Assembly: GCA_021613535.1 (NCBI GenBank)
Contig: CP075494.1
Coordinates: forward strand, 1,116,001 to 1,180,000
Reading direction: 5' to 3'
Length of the DNA stretch: 64,000 nucleotides
Origin: Adineta vaga
Lineage: Eukaryota > Animalia > Rotifera
Positions within the stretch are counted from its first letter, which is position 1, and each line of letters begins with the position of its first letter. The notes beneath the pieces are model-generated. The model made no database searches. It saw only the letters and a program-made list of their open reading frames with translations, and was not told the DNA's origin. Of this stretch, positions 12,028-23,375 are shown piece after piece. The position numbers and the translations under genes are program-made.

Positions 12028-14458
12028 TTAAACTTTATTTGTGTTTACTGATTGAGTGTTTGTTGTTGAAGGTGGATAAATGTAATAGTATTGAAAATAT
12101 ATTCCTCGCGGGGGTTTTGGTGGAGGCAAATATTGTTTTAGCGTCTGAATAAACTTGAAGAAAAGATCCAATGGTAATGGTGAATCATCTAAACCTTTAT
12201 TGATCACAGGAAACATTGCACTAGGAGTTGTTTGACAGGCTTGATGAAATTCAAATAATATTGGTCCGTTCATCGATTTACAAACTGGTATTAGTGGATT
12301 GAGTTCATTATCTTCAAGAAATTCATTGACATGAACGTTGGTCCATATTGTTACTGGACCAACAGTCAAATATTCTCGTGTTTGTACAGGTGGTGGTTTA
12401 CTCTCTTCTGGAACCGGTTCAGCTTCTGCTGTTTTAGAAGAATCATCAGCTGATTTTGTTACTTCGCTCTCTGCACTAGTATCCGCTTCTTGGCGTTTGA
12501 TTTCAGCGATCAAGAGTTTATAGGCTTCATCGAATTCTTCATCTTCTTTACCCGCAAAATCAATATAAATTTTTGATCCTACCATAAAGCCTAACCAACC
12601 ATCAGGTTTGTAATCTTTTTCGACTATGATTGGAATCATTTTACTTTTTCGATTGTACGCGTATTCAGCTTCGGCTTGACAATTAGCACTCGACTTATAA
12701 TCACTCGATATACAGAATAATACGCATTTGGAATTTTCAACAGCTTCTGCCATACTTTCAATGATTGAACCACGCATTTCATCTCTATCTAACCAAACAC
12801 TGTAGCCTTCTTTTTCCAAACGATCATTAATTTGATGACACACTTCTTTTTGTGCCCAGCAATATGAAATCATCATATCGTATTGCTCAGGTTTTTCTTT
12901 GTCGTCTGTCGATTCTTTTTTTTCTTCCGTTGTTTGTTCATTTGATTCATTTTCTTCGGCTTCTTTCTTAAACTTCTCTTCATCTTCCAATTTCCACATA
13001 ATTCCATGAGCTGCTTTTGCTACATCTTTATTTTCAGACTTTTTCATTTTTTCGACATGATCGACAAATTCTCGATCTTCATTAAATGTTGTTTTCGCAT
13101 CTGGATTAAATGAAAGTGCATAGGCAACTTCGAGTGGTGTAGGATCATCCGTAGTTTCTTTAGTATACTGCATAATGGATGGTAAAGCATTCTGTTCTAC
13201 AACTTGCTGTTTTATTTCATCACTTTGTACCAAACCTAATCGTAAAGAAAAATCGAAAGACAATACTTGAATATATATCAATAGTAACTGATGTACCTTT
13301 CAATCCTTGTATAAGATCTTCTGCCGTTTCATCTTTGTTATCTTCGAGTGCTTCGTTGAAATTTTTTACAAATAATTCAGTAACCTTGGCTGAATCATTC
13401 GTTCTTACAAATTCTTCTTCTGGTACAAGAAATGAAAGTAATTCGAAGGCATGTAATTGCATCTTTTCATCGGACTTTTCATTGGAGAGTTGTTTTAGAA
13501 TCCCTTTTAATTTACTATCATTAGCCGTTTTCTTTTTTAATTCACTTAAAAGTGTATGATCCGAACGAACAATTTCAAGTAAAATGTTCAGCGCAATATG
13601 AACAAGTGTAATACGTCCTTCTTCGTATTTAGAATCAGACAACGGTTGTTTCGAAAGAATGGTTGTTAATGCTTCTTGAATAAGACGTTTGTCTTCCAAT
13701 GATAAGGAACTTGAATTTGATAGGATAAATCGCAATGGATAAAGCAGACATAAGACAACTGTATCCGTCCATTTTTCAATGTTAGGAAGAAAATGTGTAA
13801 ACAATTCGGCATAGTTAGGTAACATATTGTCAAGAAGTTTTTGTACTTGAGATTCATCCTTGTCACATGTGAGAATATAATCCGGACAGGTGATCAGTAG
13901 ATATTGTTGAGTCAAAGTCAGAGTAGAGGCATTGTTCTTACCAACATTATATAGTGTTTCTTTGTAGGAATTATTCGTGATACATCGACAAATAACATCA
14001 AGCAATTGATCACAATCACTATTAGTCAAAGCTTGAATGAATTTATCAAATGATTCTAAATTAGGATCTTCTGTTCCTTTGATATCTAAATAGTAATCAT
14101 GAGAAGCAATATCGTCCGCGCATTTTTTCGCTAGATCGATTAGCTTCGTCTGTTTATCGAACCATTTTGTAGCTTCATTGTCGTTCTTTGTGTATTCGAG
14201 CAGATATTCACTACATTGCTGAAATGTGTCTTTTTGAGTTTTATCTAAAGAATGATTGATGTGCCAATATTCTAGAATTTCGCACAATTTTTCGGATAAT
14301 TGCTCGTTAAGAAACGCTTGTTTGTTGACTTGTTCATCGGTAGAAACAGGCGATGATGATGAAAGTAACTGATTGTTACGTTTTCGCCACACATCTAGTG
14401 CGATTTTTGCCTGCTTTTGCACGTCATCCCAAGACGATTTACGCTTGTTTTCGTCCAT
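12028..14458 (-). CDS. ARM-repeat + TIR_2 + SAM-like domain protein, 2 exons
   Basis: ATG at 14458; a 61-nt GT-AG intron (13296-13236) joins the two ORFs in frame (LKG|LVQS). TIR: YDMMISY..VWLD..MAEAVENS..YKSSANCQAEAEYA..GWLG..YIDF. SAM-like WTNVHVNEFL..MNGPILF. Confidence 0.9.
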
Positions 14459-15177
14459 ATTGATATATTTTAATTTCAACTACTTAATGAAAAAGAGAAA
14501 AAAACTGGTTAGAATATATTCATTGCTTTATTTTTCGTATCTATGAAACTGTCAAGGACGAAAAGTTACGTTGCATAAATATCATATTGACGTTTTATTG
14601 GCCAAATGTTTTATCATTAATTTTGAGAATACAAGGATAGTACGAATGAAGAAAAAAAAATACATGCTGTCAATAAGCATATAATATTTATTATTCATTT
14701 TACTTTGCTCACATTATATATATCTTTGTATACATGCATAACCAAGGTGAAGCGTGAGAAAAAGCGGCAAAGCACAAGAGAACGAAAAATGAAGCGAGAC
14801 GAATAAAGATACTACAATCACTTGTTGACAACACAAACCATAACATTCTGTATTATTAACGAAAGAAAAGATTTTTATGTGAACAACGTTCTAAACATTG
14901 AAGATACAATGTGTATAAGAAATATTACATGATCAAATGATAATGATAAACAACTATCAATGGCTTATGGATTGACTTGAACGTATAGAATTTTTCAACT
15001 CTATCAAAATATTTTTTTAAATTAAATTAAATTAAATTAAATAACACAAATGGATCAGAAATGAACTTTTTCAAAACTTGACCGTACATATAATTTAAGT
15101 TAACGTTATTAGAATGAATATTTATTAATAATGAAGAAAATAATAAAGCTGAATACTAAGAAAAAGTTTAATATATA

Positions 15178-17146
15178 TCATTTTGTAGATATTTCTTCGA
15201 CATGTACTTTTTGATCATTTCGAAAGACAAAGAAAAACACGATACCAGTGACAAACGACTCAATGGCTAGTGCTGCATACATCCATAATAGTTTCGGATT
15301 CACTGTTACTGGTACAAGTGCAAGATTCAGAGCACTACCAATGGCCGATGTGAATAGAAAAAGTGACATGACAATGGATTTCATTGATGCTGGTGCCTGA
15401 GTAAATGCATACTCGAGACCAGTAATAGAAGCGAAGATTTCTGAAAGAGCAATGAAAAAATAAGCTGGAATTTGCCAAGCTACAGTAATATTGTTGTACT
15501 GTTGTTCGTTCGAAGAAGGTTTGTTAATATAGGTATAGTTTGGACCAGTAGTATAGATCAAATGTTGAACGAATGCTGACCATGCCATGCCTAAGGAAAC
15601 ACATAAGAAACCAGCAGCAATACGGGCAATAGCTGAAAAGTTGATTTTAAAGCGTCGTAAGCTAGGATAGATCAATTTGTCGAAGACTGGAATAGCAATA
15701 ACCAAAACGAGTGGATCGATATTTTGTAAAATATCATTGGGTAGAGGACCTAAACAGAAACTCTAATCAAATTAATCTACATATGAATCGCCTCTTCTTC
15801 TTTACTAATACATATTAGTTGACAGTTATTTTAAAAGAGATCACGAACTTACCAACATTCATTTGTGCAGCTTGTGATACTAAATTAGTTCCAAATTGAT
15901 TATAACAAATCCAATATAACGGATAGAAAGCAAAAACACGACAAGCACGCACTGCTTTTTTAAGATCATCAATAAATTGATTGTTATTTGCTTCTGTTCC
16001 TGTCTCCAGTTCATTATGATCAATTGATGATGGAATTACTTTGGCATAATCCAAAAGACTTGATCGATCGGATTGTTTACCCATTCTCCATCGCATTCGA
16101 ATGGCAGTCGCTGTTACACGTGTAGCACGAATGAGTAATGAACCAGATGGAGCTTTTTGAACGTATCGATTGCGACCAATGATCAAGACAATGATGGCAC
16201 CAACGAAAACAACCGTAGGTATAAGATAGGCAAGCCAGAATGAAAGATACTTTTCAATATTGGTAGTAAGAATCAATGAAAGTGCCCCAATATTAATTGC
16301 CCAATAGAACCAATTGAACATTGATTGCATGGTTCTAAATAAAATATAAAACAATATGATTTCAGGAAGAAACAGATAAGTATTCAATTATCTCACACAT
16401 CTGGATCAAGAATTTGTCTTTTACCTTTAATCACTATAAAAAAAAGAGAAGAAGTATAATCATTTGTTGTTTTAAAAAAATTGTTTTTAGTTACCCGTAA
16501 TAATTGGTTTCGTCCTAGAATATTGTTCAGCCATCAATGGACTTACATTACTCTTTACACCACCAGTTCCTAAGCCTAGGATGATTATTGCTACGATTAA
16601 ACCAGGAAAAGCAACACCGTTTTCAATAGCAGGTGGTATACTGGTAAAAAGCAGGACGAGAAGACCAACCATGTAGACAACACATGAAACTACAATCGTT
16701 TTATATTTGCCCCAAAGTTGATCGGCTAGAATGGCACCAATGATTGGTGTTAGATAAGCAAAAAATCGAAAAAACATTGTTAATGCAGTAGCAGTTTGCT
16801 GCCCACGATCGAGAGCACCTGGTTGTGTGTCATTTCCAGTAGCTGGTGGAAATTCAATATAATTTTGAAAGAGACCAGAGATACCATAGAAGGCGAAACG
16901 TTCGCACAATTCACAAATGACAATCAGCCAAGCTGCTATTGGTATCCGATCAGCAACGCGTTCCAATGTTGACATTTCTTCAGCTGTTGGTTGAATTTCA
17001 TTGGAATCATCTGTTTTTTCAATAATTCTCGATACAACAGCATCTGTTTTTTCAATGGGTCTTGATTCGACTGCATCTGTTTCTTCAATAATTCTCGATT
17101 CAGCTGCATCTACAGTGTTCAATTCAATTTCTTCAGCTATACTCAT
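15178..17146 (-). CDS. POT/PTR2 proton-dependent oligopeptide transporter, 4 exons
   Basis: Exons 17146-16495, 16433-16397 (37-nt microexon), 16334-15853 and 15749-15178, all GT-AG and in frame. Motifs ELCERFAFYG, GTGGVKSNVSPLMAEQY, FNWFYWAINIGAL and SITGLEYAFTQAPASMKS. Confidence 0.93.
17004..17112 (-). repeat. 33-nt tandem repeat x3 in the POT N-terminus
   Basis: Encodes DAAESRIIEET/DAVESRPIEKT/DAVVSRIIEKT. Confidence 0.8.
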
Positions 17147-18178
17147 TTGGTACTATGCACTTCGAGAATTATATGTGTGTGCGTGTATGTGTGTGTTTCA
17201 AGGTTATTTTATATTTGCAAATATGCTGTATCACGAGAGCTCGTAAAATGATAAAAGAATCTTTATTTTTATTCCTCTCATATATGTACATATATATTGC
17301 TAGTTCTTATCTATACCCTTGAGTGTTTCATTCGAGATGGTAATAAGAATTATTTTATGTTGGTGCATTCTACTTACCTTGTTGATGATAAATTCTTAAA
17401 AATAAATACAAAAAATTCTTAACTTAGAGGATGTGGGCTAGAGTCAAGAGAATATACTTTCATCCACACTCGCACTACCAGGTCAGTATTACTGTTAGAT
17501 AGTTTTCAGTTTTTTAAAAGATTATCCACTGGCTTACTCTATTCGAGTTAGTTTTTCTCCTCTAGAACGAAATTCATGTCGAGAAATGAGCAAAATTCAG
17601 AGTTTTGATTGATTTGGTTCCACTAGATAAACTCTTGAACATACCATCATTATTTTTTCAGATATATACTGCTCAAACAGATTTGTCGTTGCTCTCTTTA
17701 GTCTTTTGAGTCGAAAATGTTTAGATGATTTCAACGAAATGAATTACAATGACGAGTGCAAAAGATATCCTTGAGTGGGATAGAGAGATTGAGTAGCATA
17801 CAGATGGCGTCTTCAGATACGTTGTGAATACACAGTTTTACTAGGAATCATCGAATCTTTTTAGTGCCTGACTATATATGTTTATTGAAAATATATATAC
17901 ATATAAAATAACATATCTTTCGTTTGTTCGTTCATCACTATTTAAGAACTTGTAACATCGATTTGATCTTGTTTATGAAAGCAACGAAATATTTACTGAG
18001 GTTAAGAAGGATTTAGTTGAAAATCAACAAGTCAATAATTTATTTAAATCACTAATTTGAAGATGTTCCGGAAAATATTTTTATTTGTTTATTTTCTCTT
18101 GTTTGCTTAGTATGGGTAGTTAGAAGAAGCATGTATTTTGCACGAAAATATTACAAAGCATATGTCTTAGCAAATGGC

Positions 18179-18233
18179 TCTTGAGGGTGTGGCTAACATA
18201 TTTACACATAAATCTCACCCACACCCTTTATGA
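18179..18233. repeat. Telomere-repeat palindrome (dispersed family)
   Basis: TCTTGAGGGTGTGG-spacer-CACCCACACCCTTTATGA. Confidence 0.8.
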
Positions 18234-18437
18234 TGCATACGGTAGCAATAAGACTATTGGTGCCAGTTAAATAAATATTATTTATTTTTAGCCATTATAA
18301 TCAAATCGTTCTCCGCATTTCATCGCTTACTACGTAAGTAACACATATTCATATCACAAAAATGCCACCAGCACTTTCTTTTATAGTCTTTCATTTGCTA
18401 TTCGTAAAAGACTTCATCGTCAACGTAGACCGACTCT

Positions 18438-18761
18438 ATGATTCGATTTTGTTACGTCTTAGCTTTATGGACATTCTGGATGGGTGCTAATATCGCTGCA
18501 GTTTGTAATCACGGTGAAAGCAATTGCTACGGTAATTGTTACGATCCAAGCACTCATAAGTGCATTACACCGGGTCCCGGTTTGTTTGCTGTACCCTGTA
18601 AAAACAATGAAAATCTATGTTACGATACTTGCTACGATTCTATCGCTCACAGGTGCATTAGACCAGGTCCTGGCTTGATGGCAGTCCCTTGTAAGATGAA
18701 CGAAGACCTTTGCAATTATATGTGCTACGATCGAGCAACAAAAGTTTGCCTTAAGGAATAG
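18438..18761 (+). CDS. Secreted Cys-rich repeat protein, CBM52-like (CY..CYDP...C) x3
   Basis: Signal peptide (MIRFCYVLALWTFWMGANIAA) and three C-x5-C-Y/N-x2-C-Y-D-x5-C units; intronless, 107 aa. Confidence 0.7.
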   Translation: MIRFCYVLALWTFWMGANIAAVCNHGESNCYGNCYDPSTHKCITPGPGLFAVPCKNNENLCYDTCYDSIAHRCIRPGPGLMAVPCKMNEDLCNYMCYDRATKVCLKE

Positions 18762-18800
18762 TAGATGTTACAAACGTATACTTGATTTTTTTCAATAATA

Positions 18801-18852
18801 TCTTGAGGGTGTGAGGTTGTTACTCTTTGAATTTAACCCACACCCATCAAAA
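18801..18852. repeat. Telomere-repeat palindrome (dispersed family)
   Basis: TCTTGAGGGTGTGAGG-spacer-ACCCACACCCATCAAAA. Confidence 0.8.
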
Positions 18853-19230
18853 CCACTTTTTAAATGGCCTAAACCAGATATATTTGAACTAGATGCAATA
18901 TAGATACCATTGACTAACAGTATCATCAAAGTTAAGAATAATATTTACGAATCTCTTTGAGTATTGTGAAGTGCCTCTTGATTATAAAAATTTGAAATTC
19001 TATTCATCAATTCATCTATGAAGGTTTTACATAAACTGAATTAGTTATGCATTATTCACGTTGAAATATTTATCTCTAACAATGATGTAAATATATGTAT
19101 TGTTTATCCTACTGTATGGTATAGTCAGTGATTCTATTGTGTATTCTTCGCAATGAACAAAATGACTATGCACGCACGCGTATATGAATAGTTTTCTCTT
19201 TGATAAAGCTAATAAATAACAATATACAAA

Positions 19231-19912
19231 TTACAATGTCTGTTTCGCACGTTCGAAATAATCTGTCATACGTTGCAGGTTTGGACGCCCTGAAAGTAAT
19301 GAGTGTTGTGCGATTTGTATAGCTTGTTCCAGAAATGAGCACGCTTTCGAATAATTTCGAATGTTTTCATATGCCAAACCGATATTGCCATAGCATGCAG
19401 CTAACTTAGGATCTTTGGAAGGAAGAGTTTTTTCATAGATATTTGATTGCTTCTTCATATTCTCCTTGATTATATTTAATCAAACCAAGATGATTATAAA
19501 TAGCTGCGATATCACTCTCTTTCGTTGTTTCAATAAGTAACATTTCATAAATCTCTTCAGCCTTATTATTTTGACCCATGTCTGTCAATACTAAACTCAA
19601 TCTGTACCAACCCTCTGCATTAGGGAAATTTTCTTTTCGAATTCGTTGCGTAAGTGCATTCAATTTTTTGTCATTATCACTCGTTAATGTTAAACTTACC
19701 TCGTAGACTCTGTCATTTTCATCCATTGGTTTAATATCATGAATTCGAAATACACTATGCCTTGAAAATAATACTTCATCTTCATCCGAAAAGTAACTAA
19801 TACCACGAATTGGATCAATTTGTAAGACAAAGAGAATTCCAACTAAAGCAGGATTTTGTTGAGCAAAACTAAGTGAAATTTTACGAACCTCACTAGTAGA
19901 CAAGAAGTTGTT
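19231..19912 (-). pseudogene. ART + TPR gene 3' fragment, frameshifted
   Basis: FLSTS..ILFVLQIDP..SYFSDEDEVLFSRHSVFRI followed by TPRs. Frameshift near 19440; 5' part absent. Confidence 0.8.
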
Positions 19913-20017
19913 TTATTATCACAAAAGATAAAAATTGAATTCACTTGAGACATCGGATGTATGCGACGTACAATATATTGCCCAAGAAATCCTGACGTAA
20001 TTATACAGACATTATGA

Positions 20018-20066
20018 TCTTGAGGGTGTGCGTGAAGAAGAGATACCTAGACCCACACCATCAAGA
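20018..20066. repeat. Telomere-repeat palindrome (dispersed family)
   Basis: TCTTGAGGGTGTGCGTG-spacer-ACCCACACCATCAAGA. Confidence 0.85.
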
Positions 20067-20069
20067 TAG

Positions 20070-20320
20070 CTACCGTTAGACTAGTCTTACTCACATATTC
20101 TGCTGATTTCTTTATATTATTTTCACGAGTGTCTGTATGAAAAACTTTTGATTTATCTGTTTGTCGAAAAAGAATTTTCTTCCGATTTTGTACTTTTTGA
20201 AAATATTTCATAGTCAAATCTAATGTAGAACCTTTTGATGTTTCTTCTGTTATAGTCTTTCTTATTTCTTCTTCTATTCGTTGACAAAATCTATTCATTA
20301 AAGGTGGTTCTTGTCCTATA
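20070..20320 (-). mobile_element. Penelope-like/Athena retroelement RT N-terminal fragment
   Basis: KKILFRQTDKSKVFH..NIKKSAEYVSKT resembles the PLE RT 'DK(G/S)' N-terminal motif. It is bounded on both sides by telomeric hairpins. Confidence 0.55.
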
Positions 20321-20321
20321 G

Positions 20322-20385
20322 TTGAGGGTGTGGGTGTGATCGACATTGGTTCTTATTGTACCTCCACACACCCACACCCTCAAGA
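20322..20385. repeat. Telomere-repeat palindrome (dispersed family)
   Basis: TTGAGGGTGTGGGTGTG-spacer-CACACACCCACACCCTCAAGA. Confidence 0.9.
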
Positions 20386-20808
20386 TATTATATATCCCAT
20401 CGTTTTCACACAAAACAGTCACTTATATATCCTTCCGAAAGAGAAAAGGATTATAAGGACAAAGTGCAAAGTAGGGACAAATATAAGCAGGTGACGTTTT
20501 TTACTGATTCGTCACATTCATATTATTAGAAATTCTTTAGAGTTATGTTTTGCTACGAGGTATTCTATATTCCAAAAAAAGAATTGAATATACGTAGTAC
20601 AGAAACTGTGTATGTTTATTAATCTAAGAATCAATTTCATGTTTAGTTGGAGGTTATAGCTGTCAAGGCCAATATATTAACTTCTTTTATTAACAAAAAA
20701 TTGATCTACATAACAAACATTTTTCATCTGGAAAAATAGAATTTTACTAGAAACAACGATTCTTACCAAGGACATTTTCTATTAGTTTACTTTAAGTTGA
20801 CATATAGA

Positions 20809-21783
20809 ATGTCTTCATTAAGTAGTACATTACAACTTATTCAAAAAACTATACTTTTTGGTTTATCTTGCTTCTTTGTTACTTTGGGTGTAACTGGATG
20901 TATTCTGAATATTTTTCTTTTCTCTCGAAAACAATTTCGAACAATATCATGTTGTAAATATTTCTTAGTAGCATCATTTGCAATGTTATTCAATCTATTA
21001 GCGTATTCCATCCCAGCAATCTATGGCTATTATTATGTTAATCCAATTACATTTAATGTTCCTATTTGTAAATGTCGTGCATATGTCATTCATGTCATGT
21101 CTATCATATTTCGTTTTTTATTATGTGCGGCTTCATTTGATCGTTTTGCCTTATCATCTTCAAATGTACGTTTAAGAAATTTAGCAAATATCACATTTGC
21201 ATATCGAATCATCGCTTCAATTATTGTTATTATTCCGCTTATACATATTTATATGTTGATTGTTTATAATATAAAATCGAATAGTTGTTATAATTCTCTT
21301 GATGCAATTGGGATTACCTTTGCTAACGCCTATTCTTTACTAAATACTTCTATTCTGCCATTGGCATTGATGAGTATTTTTACTGTATGTATTCGGAAAA
21401 ATCTAGCGGACAGACAAAAACGTCGTCAAGTTATTATTAAGCAACAAACAGGAACAAATGAACAAAAGAACATTCAACTTAAACGGGATCGACAAATATT
21501 AAGAATGTTATTTGCTCAAATTATTGCGTTTTTTTTTGTAACATTACCATATATGATCTATAGTACCAATAATATTATTTCTCCTTATATTCAAAACAAA
21601 AGTTCCGATCAAATAGCAATAGAAAGTTTTATAAGTGGAATATCTGGCGGATTAAGTTATGTATTTCCTGCGATTTCATTTTATCTTTATACATTAACAT
21701 CAAGTATGTTTAGAAATGAATTATGGCGCTTATTACGTTCTTCATTCTGTCTCACTCAAAATCGTCGTATTGGACCAATATGA
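20809..21783 (+). CDS. Class A 7TM GPCR, intronless
   Basis: GCILN in TM1, ICKCR, ASFDRF, LPY in TM6, SFYLYTLTSSMFRNEL. First ATG at 20809. Confidence 0.88.
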   Translation: MSSLSSTLQLIQKTILFGLSCFFVTLGVTGCILNIFLFSRKQFRTISCCKYFLVASFAMLFNLLAYSIPAIYGYYYVNPITFNVPICKCRAYVIHVMSIIFRFLLCAASFDRFALSSSNVRLRNLANITFAYRIIASIIVIIPLIHIYMLIVYNIKSNSCYNSLDAIGITFANAYSLLNTSILPLALMSIFTVCIRKNLADRQKRRQVIIKQQTGTNEQKNIQLKRDRQILRMLFAQIIAFFFVTLPYMIYSTNNIISPYIQNKSSDQIAIESFISGISGGLSYVFPAISFYLYTLTSSMFRNELWRLLRSSFCLTQNRRIGPI

Positions 21784-21928
21784 ACTCGAATACATCATAC
21801 AAATCAATAAGAGAAACTGAATCATATAATTATTCCTTTATATATCTTGTATTGTAATATGATGTACGTTCCTATAAAATTTATTGGATTTAAAATAAAG
21901 AAAAGAATGTCTTATCAATTTTAAATCA

Positions 21929-21998
21929 TCTTGAGGGTGGATGTGGGTGTGGGTGATAGTTGTATCTGACATCCACCCACCCACTCACACCCTCAAGA
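21929..21998. repeat. Telomere-repeat palindrome (dispersed family)
   Basis: TCTTGAGGGTGGATGTGGGTGTGGGTG-spacer-CACCCACCCACTCACACCCTCAAGA. Confidence 0.9.
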
Positions 21999-22984
21999 GG
22001 AATTCTCACCTCCATGTCACATGGCAACCGTATGACGAATAACATTCATAATAATGATCAACTTTATATGAATCATCTCTGGAACAAATTTCCAAAGAGG
22101 GAGAAAAATCGCCTTAGGGATATAATGGTTAATCAGTAACACGATCCCTGGTGTTACTAAAGAAGCCATGATCTAATTCCTGTCCTGCATAAACATTTTC
22201 TATGATTTTGAACAATAGAATTTATCTTCATGTTGAGCGAGGATGTTAGGAACGTGACGCTGATAATGAGGAAAAGAGTGCATTTTTGGGTAAGGAAGCA
22301 TGACAAAGTGATGTCATCTTTTGAAGTAATTTTTATATCTTTATTCTAATAGTAACTTAATCTACTATTTCATTAAATAAGAACTACAATAGTTGGTTTT
22401 TGATTCATAGCACATTTATATAATTCAAAGCAGACTAAAGTAAAGAGATAGTATTGTAAATAACGTCGAGTTTCACTAATTACACTATACCATTTTGCTT
22501 TGATAACAATTTGATGAATTTCTGTACAGTAAGATCAAACATTTTCTTTTTTGATAACGTATCATCATTATATAATTTATAAAGTGTCATATGAACGATA
22601 AGTTTTGAAAGTTCAACAGAAATGAATGAAATCTTTTTCCAGCTGTATATTAATAAGTTATTTAAAAAATATACAATCGATAGGGTGTAGAATTGGAACG
22701 TGTATAGTCTAATAGATTTTTACATATACTCTCATGTTGTCTTTAAGATATTTAGTTTTTCCAGAATTGAACTGAAAAAGAAAAGGGAAAACAATGATAC
22801 AAAAATATTCTTTAACTCGCTGTTCTCTTTCCTCTTCTTTTTCTTCTCATCCTAACGCAAATGTGAATACAAAAAAAAATCTTTTTTTCAATAATCAAAT
22901 GGCTCAATGAACATCTTGATAAATTATGTAATTTCATGTTCAATACGATTTTTTCAATCTCAGTTTTTCTGCTCTTTGTCTTAA

Positions 22985-23375
22985 CTCTAGTCCTCCCAAC
23001 ATGGGTCATGTTTGACCCAGACATAAAAATTTAGAAATGCAGTATAATATTTTGATAGTTTCGGGTTTAAAGGAACATCTATCATCTATTATTGTGATGT
23101 ATGTATTGTGACCAGAAGAAACAAAAGGAGAACACACACTCCAAAGCAAAGCGAAGCGCATATATATATCCTTGGTCATGTATACATGACTCAAGAATCA
23201 TATACAAATGAGTAAGGAATGCCTTGACTCGTGAGATATCACGGCGAGATGCCGTGACAATTATGAACATAGAGCTGTTGCATAGTCTGAAATGAAACTC
23301 ATTTTCCTTAGTTCAACTCATTTCAAGTCTTCAATACAATATAGTACAATTTCATCAGTATTGAACATAATACTA
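22985..23375 (+). mobile_element. piggyBac 5' end, truncated copy of the element at 47672
   Basis: TTAA-CTCTAGTCCTCCCAACATGGGTCA... near-identical to 47668-47890; it ends at the TA of the DD117E insertion. Confidence 0.9.
23093..23259. mobile_element. 167-bp solo LTR
   Basis: TG...CA termini and a 5-bp TSD ATTAT (23088-92 and 23260-64). The empty site is visible in the paralogous piggyBac near 47775. Confidence 0.8.

Noticed and set aside
13179-13559. Antisense and overlapping short ORFs (e.g. 12338, 13179, 17001, 32910, 48212, 60283)
   Set aside because: Shadows of real genes on the opposite strand or in another frame, with no motifs.
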